Shown: positions 47,215-55,682, counted from the stretch's first letter. The stretch: DNA of 64,000 nt from an uncultured virus (IMG/VR IMGVR_UViG_3300017990_000011) (IMGVR_UViG_3300017990_000011), one strand, 5' to 3'. Notes: generated by a model from the sequence alone, not told the origin. Translations and numbers: made by a program.

Positions 47215-47829
47215 CTAGCCGGTTAAATCTAAATTGTTAACATTTTTTGGTTCAGATTTTATGGAATATTTATTCCAAATCTCTAAATCAAATACAGCTG
47301 GCGCTTTGCCAGCCTCATCCGCTAGTTTTAAAAATTCGTTTTCTAATCTAACATACTCTTTCTTATTACTAGGCGTTGAAGATGGTACATTAGGAACTCC
47401 AACGGCTTTTAAATGTTTCAACATATGTGTATCTATACCAGCAAGTCTCACATCTCTACGACTATGTATAAGAAAACACCGTGCTGTTTTCATGCCTATA
47501 CCATGTATGGCTTCAAGATCATCCACAGAACATTTTTTTAAATCAATACCACTTTCTATCAATTCTGCAAAGGTTCTTGCTTTCTGGTTGAAGCAGCCTA
47601 TCCCCGCGTCTTTCATTATATTAGGCAGGTCATCATAGGCTTGATCCTCAATGACATCAAATGGCGAATCAAACGGTAGTTCATGATAACCAATGTTTTT
47701 CAGGAATTTATCCAAACATCTGGCTGCTGTCCTACCATTCTTTCCAGCAGCACACACCCAAAACAATATGAACTCTTCAAGCTCTGCATAACTCTGTTTG
47801 TAATTAGTTATATTCTCTGGATCAATCAT
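47215..47829 (-). CDS. HhH-GPD DNA glycosylase (8-oxoguanine glycosylase Ogg-like)
   Basis: LEAIHGIGMKTARCFL helix-hairpin-helix, IDTHML, DLEIW. Confidence 0.75.
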   Translation of the reverse strand: MIDPENITNYKQSYAELEEFILFWVCAAGKNGRTAARCLDKFLKNIGYHELPFDSPFDVIEDQAYDDLPNIMKDAGIGCFNQKARTFAELIESGIDLKKCSVDDLEAIHGIGMKTARCFLIHSRRDVRLAGIDTHMLKHLKAVGVPNVPSSTPSNKKEYVRLENEFLKLADEAGKAPAVFDLEIWNKYSIKSEPKNVNNLDLTG

Positions 47830-47849
47830 ACTATATCCTCCTATAGTAC

Positions 47850-47877
47850 AATATAAGCATTAATTTCCTGTTGTCAA
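47850..47877 (-). promoter_or_regulatory. Sigma70-like promoter TTGACA-N16-TATATT
   Basis: Repeat of motif at 44500. Confidence 0.7.
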
Positions 47878-47880
47878 GTA

Positions 47881-48930
47881 TTAATATTTATAATTATATC
47901 TTTTACGTAAAAGAGCTTGATACCAAACTTTATGCCATTCTCTATTATGATTAGACTGGCTATGACAAGAATTGCAGAGCGTTACTAAATTCTGTGGTGT
48001 ACAATTATTTTTATCATAATCTATATGATGTAGATGTAATCGTTTACTTTTCTTTTTACAACAAGGGTTCAAACATTTATGATTATCTCTTATTCTTATT
48101 GATTCTTTGTATTCTTTATCTGTCCAAGCACCACAATAATATCCTCTTGCCTCCATATAAGTACAATTTTCTATTAATTTTATTTGATGACATGTGTAAC
48201 ATCTAGAACCATTGTTAACAAACCCACAAAGTCTAATGTTCCACTCATGCCCTTCAGGGCAAATACATTTTAATGGGGTGTGACTATTTATATATTCTTT
48301 AGATAATAATATATAACCTTCTGATTTAAATATTTCACGAACCTCTTCAATGGTATATTTTTTATTGCCCGAACAGGTTGGACATCTAGATTTACCAGAA
48401 GTAAAATTATAAGGAAGCACATGTAATGTGTGACCTTCTGGACATCTACATTTAAGTTTAGTACGACTATCTTTATATTCTTTTGAAAGAATTTTATAAC
48501 CTTCTGATTCAAACTTGCTTTTTAAACCATAAAAATCCTTCTTCCGAGACTCAAACTTACATAAATTACATCTATACCCCTCTTTAAAAGAAGAAGCTCT
48601 CATTTTATATACATGGCCATTAGGGCATTCAAATTTTACTTTATGGCTTACATCTTTATAATTTTCTTCAGTTGTTAATAATTTATATCCCTGTTGTTTA
48701 AATAGTTCTTTAATATGCCCATATGGGATTTTACCTACACCTTTACAAACTGGACAATCTGAATTTAATCTAAAATATTCATATGCACGTGAAAATATAT
48801 GACCTTCTTTGCATTTTATTTTCAAAGGTTTTTTAGATCCTTTGTAAGATTTTGATAAAAGAGTGAACCCCCTCACTTCGAAAATGTTTTTTATATGATC
48901 ATATGAATATTTATTTGGCAACACTATCAC
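47881..48930 (-). CDS. HNH homing endonuclease with four zinc-finger repeats
   Basis: Four CxxGH...CxxC repeats; C-terminal HHIDYDKNNC...NLVTLCNSCH. Confidence 0.82.
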   Translation of the reverse strand: MIVLPNKYSYDHIKNIFEVRGFTLLSKSYKGSKKPLKIKCKEGHIFSRAYEYFRLNSDCPVCKGVGKIPYGHIKELFKQQGYKLLTTEENYKDVSHKVKFECPNGHVYKMRASSFKEGYRCNLCKFESRKKDFYGLKSKFESEGYKILSKEYKDSRTKLKCRCPEGHTLHVLPYNFTSGKSRCPTCSGNKKYTIEEVREIFKSEGYILLSKEYINSHTPLKCICPEGHEWNIRLCGFVNNGSRCYTCHQIKLIENCTYMEARGYYCGAWTDKEYKESIRIRDNHKCLNPCCKKKSKRLHLHHIDYDKNNCTPQNLVTLCNSCHSQSNHNREWHKVWYQALLRKRYNYKY

Positions 48931-48950
48931 CTTTATCGAATTATTTACTT

Positions 48951-49023
48951 AGGTCCAGGTAGGAATCGAACCTACGAGCGCGAGAGTTTAGAGGTCTCCG
49001 TTCTACCATTGAACTACTGGACC
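48951..49023 (-). tRNA. tRNA with CUA anticodon (amber suppressor), no encoded CCA
   Basis: GGTCCAG/CTGGACC acceptor, GTTC/GAAC D stem, GAGAC-CTCTAAA-CTCTC (C31:C39 mismatch), GTAGG-TTCGATT-CCTAC. Confidence 0.88.
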
Positions 49024-49076
49024 AAAAAGGAAAGACCACACAACAACAGAAAGCTGTCATCATGTGGTCTATATTA

Positions 49077-49364
49077 TTATGAACCAACGCACATGGTTTT
49101 CTGGTTGTACGTGTCCATGTAGCTACTAACCAATTCAAAATCAGGTGGATTCTTTGTAGTCCTCTCGATTTCTTTGTAGTGCCTACCACGCAACATACAG
49201 TATGCAATGTGCTTGTGTCTAAAATCATATTTAAGTCTTAAAACCTTGTACTGAAAAGGACCTTGGAAATCACCAAATTCATACCAGTGGTCGCGTTTAT
49301 ACTTAGTCTTCTTTAATTCTTTAGCCAGTTCTTTTAATTCTCTCTTTAGTTTTATATATTTCAT
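49077..49364 (-). CDS. Conserved phage hypothetical protein
   Basis: RHKHIAYCMLRGRHYKEIE motif; ATG 49364 after GGAGG. Confidence 0.7.
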   Translation of the reverse strand: MKYIKLKRELKELAKELKKTKYKRDHWYEFGDFQGPFQYKVLRLKYDFRHKHIAYCMLRGRHYKEIERTTKNPPDFELVSSYMDTYNQKTMCVGS

Positions 49365-49372
49365 TTTGTTTT

Positions 49373-49458
49373 CCTCCATGAACCCTAAGGTCGGTATATT
49401 TTATACTAATGTTACCCGTTCGGGGCGACACGATTATCTCAGGCTTTACTCATGGAGG
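49373..49458 (-). promoter_or_regulatory. Structured leader that sequesters the downstream RBS
   Basis: CCTCCATGAG pairs with TTCATGGAGG (contains SD); inner CCTGAG/CTTAGG and GTCG/CGAC stems. Confidence 0.55.
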
Positions 49459-49482
49459 ACCACGGACCTACGTGAATCCTAT

Positions 49483-49650
49483 CTACGATTTATCTCTACG
49501 TCTTTTGGAATTATCTATTCTTCTCTTACCTTGCATACAATTACCAGCCCCACCACCACGACCACAGCCGCGGCCATCTCTAGCTGGCCAACCTTTATTT
49601 GTTTTCTTCGGGCCTTTACCATCTGGTCCTGTTCCATCACCTCTTGGCAT
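49483..49650 (-). CDS. DUF5320-like small Gly/Arg-rich protein
   Basis: MPRGDGTGPxGxGP...GRGCGRGGG; AGGAGG RBS. Confidence 0.7.
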   Translation of the reverse strand: MPRGDGTGPDGKGPKKTNKGWPARDGRGCGRGGGAGNCMQGKRRIDNSKRRRDKS

Positions 49651-49679
49651 AATTACACCTCCTAACAAAAACATTTTTA

Positions 49680-50207
49680 TTAACGACTCTCTCCTTCATA
49701 AGCACCACGGTTTGGCATATTGTCATACTGACCACTACCAAAATGATACTTATTTTTAGAACGTCTTAATTTGACAGCTTCACCAGATACGGTGGCTTCT
49801 GGTATGAAGGCATCTGTATCTTCTAGTGGTCTGTTGTCTGGTTCAGAATAAGTCTTATCATCCCCATCTCCAGGTCTGCGATACTTATTCGCGGCACCGA
49901 CAGTAGAAGTCTCTGCTCTGCGAGAAGCTTCACGTTTACGATCCTCTTCATTGTTGAGGTCGTCGACATCTTTTGTAGTTTCATCTACAGGATTTCTCTT
50001 GGTATTGGGTGCTATAGTAGTACGTTTAGTGTAGTCACCAATAACGGAAGCAGAGATCTTAGTTTCATTCGGGGTGCCCCCTGAAATGGTAGTAATTCCT
50101 TTACCAACTGATTGGTCTACAACCTGACGTAAACCACCAAACCTACCATCTATGGCATCTGATTGTGATTCCTGTAATGGTGCATCATACGGACTGAAAC
50201 CTGACAT
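49680..50207 (-). CDS. Hypothetical protein
   Basis: 175-aa ORF, AAGGAG RBS. Confidence 0.65.
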   Translation of the reverse strand: MSGFSPYDAPLQESQSDAIDGRFGGLRQVVDQSVGKGITTISGGTPNETKISASVIGDYTKRTTIAPNTKRNPVDETTKDVDDLNNEEDRKREASRRAETSTVGAANKYRRPGDGDDKTYSEPDNRPLEDTDAFIPEATVSGEAVKLRRSKNKYHFGSGQYDNMPNRGAYEGESR

Positions 50208-50247
50208 GTTTTCCTCCTTGATGGGCGGGCTGAGCCCGCCCTCCAGG

Positions 50248-50430
50248 TTATTTGTTAAGTCTTTCTTTCTTGGCTCTCTTCTTGGCCTCTTTCTTTGCTT
50301 GTTTGGCCATTCTTTTCTTCTTGTTAATTACCCAACGCTCTTCGAGATTATATCTTTGATGCGCAGGGCTTTTGAGCAGTCGACCGATTTTCTTCGAACC
50401 GCGTTTATTTTGCTGGTCCTTTTTGCCCAT
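50248..50430 (-). CDS. Small highly basic protein
   Basis: 60 aa, K/R-rich, AGGAGG RBS. Confidence 0.6.
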   Translation of the reverse strand: MGKKDQQNKRGSKKIGRLLKSPAHQRYNLEERWVINKKKRMAKQAKKEAKKRAKKERLNK

Positions 50431-50525
50431 GACGTTTCACCTCCTTTCAAAGGTTCTTTACGTCATAGGTTGGCCTCCTGCTGAAAGGATAATACGTGTT
50501 CTCATAGTTCACCCTCCTTTTTAAT

Positions 50526-50619
50526 GCATCTTGGCGTTTTCGCCTTTAAACTATCCAGATGTCGACCGGTCCAATCTTATCTGGAGGCTGGGAATCGAAC
50601 CCAACCAGTTCCAAGATGC
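50526..50619 (-). ncRNA. Circularly permuted tRNA-like RNA (YrlA-type Y RNA-like)
   Basis: 5' GCATCTTGG / T arm GGTTGGG-TTCGATT-CCCAGCC / TCCAGAT-linker-ATCTGGA / TA / D arm GTTT-AAAGGCGA-AAAC / CCAAGATGC 3'. Confidence 0.7.
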
Positions 50620-50626
50620 TATATTG

Positions 50627-50700
50627 AGCGGACAGAAGGACTTGAACCTTCGACCCCCTGCTTGGAAAGCAGGTGCTCTTCCAATCTGAGCTATATCCGC
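50627..50700 (-). tRNA. tRNA-Gly (UCC), no encoded CCA
   Basis: GCGGATA/TGTCCGC acceptor, CCTGC-TTTCCAA-GCAGG, GAAGG-TTCAAGT-CCTTC, U73. Confidence 0.95.
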
Positions 50701-50710
50701 ATTGATGATG

Positions 50711-51037
50711 TGGAGGCGCTCGGTATCGAACCGAGGTCCGTAATGCTTGTCTTAAAAAACTTAAATCGACGAATTATATTTAGAAATAATAAACATTGAA
50801 AACTTATGTAACATTCCACTGCCAGGATTCTGTTGCTAGGTTCCTGGCAGACCCCCTTAAAGCTCTTTAGGCGTAAAGAACTTTAGAAGTGCGGGATACG
50901 CCCTTGAGCATATCTTTCGCGTAGTTTTTCATGTTGCCAGTTAATAAGCACCATGCCACATTTTTTACATAGGATGTGACCGTCTATGTCGTCAAGTCTT
51001 CTACTCCAATCCACCACGTCGAAGCCAATTCGCCCCC
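50711..51037 (-). ncRNA. ssrA: tmRNA
   Basis: 5' GGGGGCGAATTGGCTTCGAC, 3' CTCGG-TTCGATA-CCGAG-CGCCTCCA with G3:U70; tag ORF 50938-50867 after TTAACT. Confidence 0.9.
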
Positions 51038-51043
51038 TGTTAA

Positions 51044-51802
51044 TTACTCAGCTTTATAAGCGTCTACTGCATGTTTTACTCGTTCAACGAGCTCTTTGCT
51101 AACAAAAGTGTCTCTCTTCTTTTGTTTCCGACTTCCACTAGTAGTAATAGTGGTAGTACCATAATAAGTATCGCTATTAGCAACAATTATTCTGTCAGAT
51201 GCATATTCTTCAAACTTATGCATGATTTTAAAGTAATAACCACCGTCCAGAAGTGCTACGAATCTAACCTTATCATCATGGGTCTTCACATAACGTGTAG
51301 CTTCTTCTAGGAAATGCACAACGTCTCGTGCTTGATTATCCTGAGAACCACCTGCTTCCTCAGTATATTTGGCATAGATAAGGTCCATCAAACTATTTCC
51401 CTGGCAAATAAAATCCATGGACTTAGTAGCCGTCAACGCTTGTGTGGGACCATAAATAAGTTCACCATTCAAGAGTCTGATAGCATCTGGACCGCTACTG
51501 TAAAGTCTATTGACTGTAATACCTCTATGCTCGAGAAATTCCTGCTGAGCACGTTCAGCAACACCCTGTTTCTTGGCTTCTTTAGCCAGTGCGGATGCGG
51601 CAATTGGATCGGTAATAATCGAGGATACTACTTGATAAAAAGACCATCCATACTTACGACATTGTTTGATAACCTTTTCTTCAATCCACCCAGGCAGCTC
51701 TTCACCCTCTTCAAGGTGCATAAGGGATGCTGCGATTACCTCTTCCAAATTCTCCAAATTTCTCTTTCTGATTTTGTTTTTTGCATACTCGTTAAATTTC
51801 AT
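51044..51802 (-). CDS. Putative restriction-endonuclease-like protein
   Basis: KSMDF...YAKYT..GGSQDNQ pattern; directly downstream of an MTase; ATG 51802 after AAGGAG. Confidence 0.5.
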   Translation of the reverse strand: MKFNEYAKNKIRKRNLENLEEVIAASLMHLEEGEELPGWIEEKVIKQCRKYGWSFYQVVSSIITDPIAASALAKEAKKQGVAERAQQEFLEHRGITVNRLYSSGPDAIRLLNGELIYGPTQALTATKSMDFICQGNSLMDLIYAKYTEEAGGSQDNQARDVVHFLEEATRYVKTHDDKVRFVALLDGGYYFKIMHKFEEYASDRIIVANSDTYYGTTTITTSGSRKQKKRDTFVSKELVERVKHAVDAYKAE

Positions 51803-51848
51803 GTTGTTCTCCTTTTCCTTTGAGTTTGTGTTCCTTAACACTTATCAT

Positions 51849-51876
51849 AAGATAATACATAATTTCTATTTGTCAA
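51849..51876 (-). promoter_or_regulatory. Sigma70-like promoter TTGACA-N16-TATCTT
   Basis: Variant of the repeated promoter. Confidence 0.6.
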
Positions 51877-52855
51877 GGCCTAATGCAGATTTATTTAATA
51901 TTTTTTTCGCCAATGCGTAATCTAATCTGCGTCTCCTAATCCCTTCCTTGTTATTATTTTTAAATGGTGATAGTGTAATATCTTTAGTTATAGTTCTATA
52001 GTCATTAAGTATCTGATTAGCCTTAGAAATTAGTTTATTTACATCTAATGGCTTACCATCTAAAAACATAACATCTATTAAGGTTATCGCTCTAGAGCTA
52101 ACCTTTATTAATTCTTTATCATAATCTAATTCGGATGGCAAACAGAATCTTATTCTGTCATCTGACTTCACACCATCCACGCCTCTTAAACCAATGTTTC
52201 CATTCTTATTATTAAAGTCTGTGAACAACACTGGATCACATCTTAGGAACTTCTTGGTGTCTTCCAGATCCAAGCTGTCTAAAACATACTCATCATTCTT
52301 ATAGATTGAGTACGTCCCCATTGTCATAAAAGGTCTTTTATTAAAACACACCACACAGACAGGACACTCAGTGTCTTCAAAAGGGTTGTCTTCTAATATA
52401 GTTATAGAGTGTATATCATTCTTAAACATATTAGTTCCGAAGTAAGTCTCTGGTATAATGAATACAGACTTATCGTATACCCTTATCACTCTTTCAAGTG
52501 CTATCTGATATAGATCAGTATAACTACTATTACTAAGAAAGTATCTATAACTATCTGAGTCGTGCCTGGCAGCTGAATTCTTGGACAAGTATGGGGGATT
52601 AGTTACGACTATGGTGTCCTTTCTATATGGGACTTCATCCAAACCATCATTGATTTGCCAACCAAGAGTTGGGTCAATATCCAATCCCTCCACACTAAAG
52701 TTTCCAAGTTTATGTACAGTATCCAACAAATCACCTGCGCCCGCGAACGGATCGAGGCAATGTGAACACTCTGACTTTAATATAAACTCCGCTATGTGCG
52801 GCTTGAGCCAGGTCTCTTTTTTAGTGTTAAATTGTCCGAGATCAAATTTCTTCAT
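51866..52855 (-). CDS. N6-adenine DNA methyltransferase (gamma-type motif order)
   Basis: LGQFNT, LDPFAGAGDL, TNPPY, DLY. Confidence 0.85.
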   Translation of the reverse strand: MKKFDLGQFNTKKETWLKPHIAEFILKSECSHCLDPFAGAGDLLDTVHKLGNFSVEGLDIDPTLGWQINDGLDEVPYRKDTIVVTNPPYLSKNSAARHDSDSYRYFLSNSSYTDLYQIALERVIRVYDKSVFIIPETYFGTNMFKNDIHSITILEDNPFEDTECPVCVVCFNKRPFMTMGTYSIYKNDEYVLDSLDLEDTKKFLRCDPVLFTDFNNKNGNIGLRGVDGVKSDDRIRFCLPSELDYDKELIKVSSRAITLIDVMFLDGKPLDVNKLISKANQILNDYRTITKDITLSPFKNNNKEGIRRRRLDYALAKKILNKSALGLDK

Positions 52856-52861
52856 TCTTAT

Positions 52862-52889
52862 AATATAATCATTAATGACAAAATGTCAA
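52862..52889 (-). promoter_or_regulatory. Sigma70-like promoter TTGACA-N16-TATATT (possibly leaderless mRNA)
   Basis: -10 box ends 6 nt before the MTase ATG and no SD is visible. Confidence 0.65.
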
Positions 52890-52890
52890 G

Positions 52891-53052
52891 TTAAAAAATC
52901 CAATTATACGCAACATTAAGAACGGTGACAGTACTAGCCACTACTGTACACCAGAATAAGATTCTATTTCTAATCTTATTTTGGGCATCATCAGTGATAC
53001 CTTTGTCATATTTAATCGCTGGACCTATAACTCTATCAGTAAATGTACCCAC
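52891..53052 (-). CDS. Small membrane protein (53 aa, not in ORF track)
   Basis: AAGGAG RBS, GTG start, C-terminal hydrophobic ILFWCTVVASTVTVLNVAYNWIF. Confidence 0.45.
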   Translation of the reverse strand: MGTFTDRVIGPAIKYDKGITDDAQNKIRNRILFWCTVVASTVTVLNVAYNWIF

Positions 53053-53123
53053 AACACTTCTCCTTTATTTATAGATATTGTATAAAATGAGACCACCGAC
53101 CGCAAGTAATACGAGAACTCCTA

Positions 53124-53435
53124 TTATGATCTTACTATAGTGATCTCTCCAGGAGGGTCCGGCGCCGCGAAATCCAAAGGGACGTCATTAATTAGCGAGA
53201 ACGAGCTCTCATTCCCCGCGTCATCAACTGCTGTGATACCTAGATTATAGACACCATCCCTAGATGTCATACCAGGCAGCGTACTTAAATCGATCGCAGT
53301 GTTATTACCTAAATCAAATGATGGTGAATCATAGGTAACAGCATTGGGCGCATCTTCCATGTACAATTTATACCCAACCACGTCTGGAGACGCGGATCCT
53401 GGGAAACTCAAATTAACATCTTTTACTTTTGCCAT
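53124..53435 (-). CDS. Fibronectin type III-like protein
   Basis: PDVVGYKLY...YNLGITAVDDAGNES pattern. Confidence 0.7.
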   Translation of the reverse strand: MAKVKDVNLSFPGSASPDVVGYKLYMEDAPNAVTYDSPSFDLGNNTAIDLSTLPGMTSRDGVYNLGITAVDDAGNESSFSLINDVPLDFAAPDPPGEITIVRS

Positions 53436-53461
53436 AATTATCTTCTCCTTAGTTAAATTAT

Positions 53462-54214
53462 TTATCGAGCACCCTCAAATTCTCTTTCCCAATGTCGCTG
53501 GGCAGGATGGCTCCTTGTTTTAGTGTTGGGGTTCTGTAAGCCTCTATCAATTATTATACCTCCAGCTCCTCCAGGCCAACCAACATATCTACCTTGCAAT
53601 GTTACCCAAGAATCATATGTATCATCAGCTTTCTTAGCTCTTATTTTTAATTCGTAAGAACCAGTCTGTGGCAGTTGAAAAGAAACATTGGTTACAGTAA
53701 CATAACCCGCTACACTAGAATTAACTTCTTTAAATATATCATATAATACATAGTCATACCCAACAGCGTCTGGATAGGCTGACCAGTTTACAGTAATGGA
53801 CTTATCAGTAGTACCAAAATATACTGGATAGTTATATATCTTAGCGTCCAACCATGTAAATGATAAGAAATCTGGACCTATCGTTGGGTTGTATATAACT
53901 TCATTAGAATTAGCACTAGGACGTCCTACATCATCATAGGCTCGAACAACAAAATATGTATTCTCTTGTCCATCTACAACGAAGGTTGTCTCGCACTTAT
54001 TCTCTGTTACCTGACCACAATCCGCATGTTGTTTTGTAACAATAGGATCCTCGTAGTCATAGTCTGGTTCAGATTCAACTCTTCCAAAAGCTTTGTACTC
54101 TGTAACAGCAGGTTCTGGATTCATAGTCCACTGCAGAGTAATCTCCACAGCAGAAACAGTGAAACTTAAACCTAACAGTAAAGCCAAAATTAATATAGTT
54201 ATTTTTTTAAACAT
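53462..54214 (-). CDS. Secreted protein with fibronectin type III-like domains
   Basis: Signal peptide MFKKITILILALLLGLSFTVSA; ITLQW...YFVVRAYD..GRPS..SNEV. Confidence 0.7.
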   Translation of the reverse strand: MFKKITILILALLLGLSFTVSAVEITLQWTMNPEPAVTEYKAFGRVESEPDYDYEDPIVTKQHADCGQVTENKCETTFVVDGQENTYFVVRAYDDVGRPSANSNEVIYNPTIGPDFLSFTWLDAKIYNYPVYFGTTDKSITVNWSAYPDAVGYDYVLYDIFKEVNSSVAGYVTVTNVSFQLPQTGSYELKIRAKKADDTYDSWVTLQGRYVGWPGGAGGIIIDRGLQNPNTKTRSHPAQRHWEREFEGAR

Positions 54215-54215
54215 A

Positions 54216-55229
54216 TTATCCACCAAAAACGTTTCTATTTAACAGATCATCAGCACCACTCAACTGAGGGTCCTGAGCAAAGCCAGCGCCCTTAAGTGTA
54301 CTTACTGCTTTTCTATGGATTGTTGGCCAATTGGCTCTGGGACTTAGTGTGAGGGCTCGTAATAGATTAGCTGTAAGAGCGCCTTGGTATTTATTATTAA
54401 TATAGGCATCAGCGGATGTTTGGTTATCTTTACAACCAGATAGTAAAACATGATTCTGGATGCCTTTTCCTTGCTTTTTACCAATTTTGTTTGGCCCTGC
54501 TTTAATTTTTCCCAGATCAAATGCTTTTATTTGCCTATCAATTATCTCTTGCGGTGGTTGTAAATATCTGGATTTAGTTTTACATCCACAACCATCACCA
54601 CACGAACAACCAACCCCAGGTGGCTTCATTTCTCTAGACATTGTACCACTATGACAGGAATCACACACCATGGTAAGAAATGCACCAGGATGTATTTGTT
54701 TGAACTTATTATGTATAATATCATCAGTTAGGGGATGATTCCAATCTAAATCATGTGGGCATAAAATTTCATCCAATTGATCTTTAACTTCATCACCATC
54801 CTTATCTAACACCTGACTACCATGACCAGAATAATGAAACACAAGTTCCGCGCCTTCTCTAGACCTAGCCACTAACCAATTTAATCCGTTGATAATATTT
54901 TCTCTAGTTGCATCTTTATCCAACAGAACCATCATATTATTTGGATCAAATCCATAATATTTAGTTAGAACACCCTTCATACCATGTACATCGTTGACAC
55001 AACCATTTAAATCAGCACCAGGCATCGCATATTTATTTACGCCCACCAAAAGTGCAAACTTGTAAGTTTTAAACGCACGTGGAGGGTAAAACTCATCATT
55101 ACTCGGCTCTGGTTCTGGCTCCACTATGGGGTCTGGTATTGGTGTTGATACTATTGGCTCTTGTTTTTCTTCTTTAATACCAAATATCCATTTTAAAAAC
55201 CACTCAAAAAATCTTTCAAATATGTTCAT
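54216..55229 (-). CDS. Metacaspase (peptidase C14)
   Basis: LLVGVNKY..LNGCVND, FHYSGHGSQ (His), DSCHSG (Cys), LSGCKDNQTSADA, PQLS. Confidence 0.92.
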   Translation of the reverse strand: MNIFERFFEWFLKWIFGIKEEKQEPIVSTPIPDPIVEPEPEPSNDEFYPPRAFKTYKFALLVGVNKYAMPGADLNGCVNDVHGMKGVLTKYYGFDPNNMMVLLDKDATRENIINGLNWLVARSREGAELVFHYSGHGSQVLDKDGDEVKDQLDEILCPHDLDWNHPLTDDIIHNKFKQIHPGAFLTMVCDSCHSGTMSREMKPPGVGCSCGDGCGCKTKSRYLQPPQEIIDRQIKAFDLGKIKAGPNKIGKKQGKGIQNHVLLSGCKDNQTSADAYINNKYQGALTANLLRALTLSPRANWPTIHRKAVSTLKGAGFAQDPQLSGADDLLNRNVFGG

Positions 55230-55242
55230 TTTGCCACCTCTC

Positions 55243-55671
55243 TTAAATTAACAATTGCCAAGCATTTTTGTATTCATATGATTTTGGCAATCGTTGGCTC
55301 TTATCTTCATTATTTGGATTTAACAATGTGATAATACTACCATAAGAATTAAATATATTCGATGGCATAATATAAAGAATGTTGTGCTCAATTATAACCA
55401 TTATGGCAAAATCAAAATCATTATCATTATATTTAACATATTTATATTTTGTTCTATTTGTTTTGCTTGTTCTTACATCTACAAGATAACTACCATAGGA
55501 TTTGTCTGGCCAAGCACATTTAACTTGTATCCTATGTAGCTTATTATTTATATCAAAAATCAGATCATATGATAGACGGTCACCAACAGGAATTGATACT
55601 GAAATTTCCCTCTTTAAAGCTTCAAGTATAACTATTTGTTCTGCAATATCACCTTTTAATTTTGTATCCAC
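55243..55671 (-). CDS. PD-(D/E)XK homing endonuclease, I-Ssp6803I-like
   Basis: TKLKGDIAE...PVGD..YDLIFD...RIQVK...YxxxDFDF; GTG 55671 after AAGGA (ORF-track extension overlaps tRNA). Confidence 0.8.
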   Translation of the reverse strand: MDTKLKGDIAEQIVILEALKREISVSIPVGDRLSYDLIFDINNKLHRIQVKCAWPDKSYGSYLVDVRTSKTNRTKYKYVKYNDNDFDFAIMVIIEHNILYIMPSNIFNSYGSIITLLNPNNEDKSQRLPKSYEYKNAWQLLI

Positions 55672-55682
55672 ATAAAATCCTT

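Noticed and set aside
48951..49023. tRNA-Pyl (loop CUCUAAA matches)
   Set aside because: It has a normal GG D loop, TTCGA T loop, two bases between acceptor and D stems and a 6-nt variable loop, unlike tRNA-Pyl; no pyl genes in the window
48941..49228. 95-aa minus-strand ORF (and + strand ORF 50524-50799)
   Set aside because: They run through tRNA/tmRNA genes or a better-supported CDS; spurious
50223..50241. GC hairpin GGGCGGGC-TGA-GCCCGCCC as terminator
   Set aside because: No U-tract on either strand; may be a stability or processing hairpin but function is unsupported
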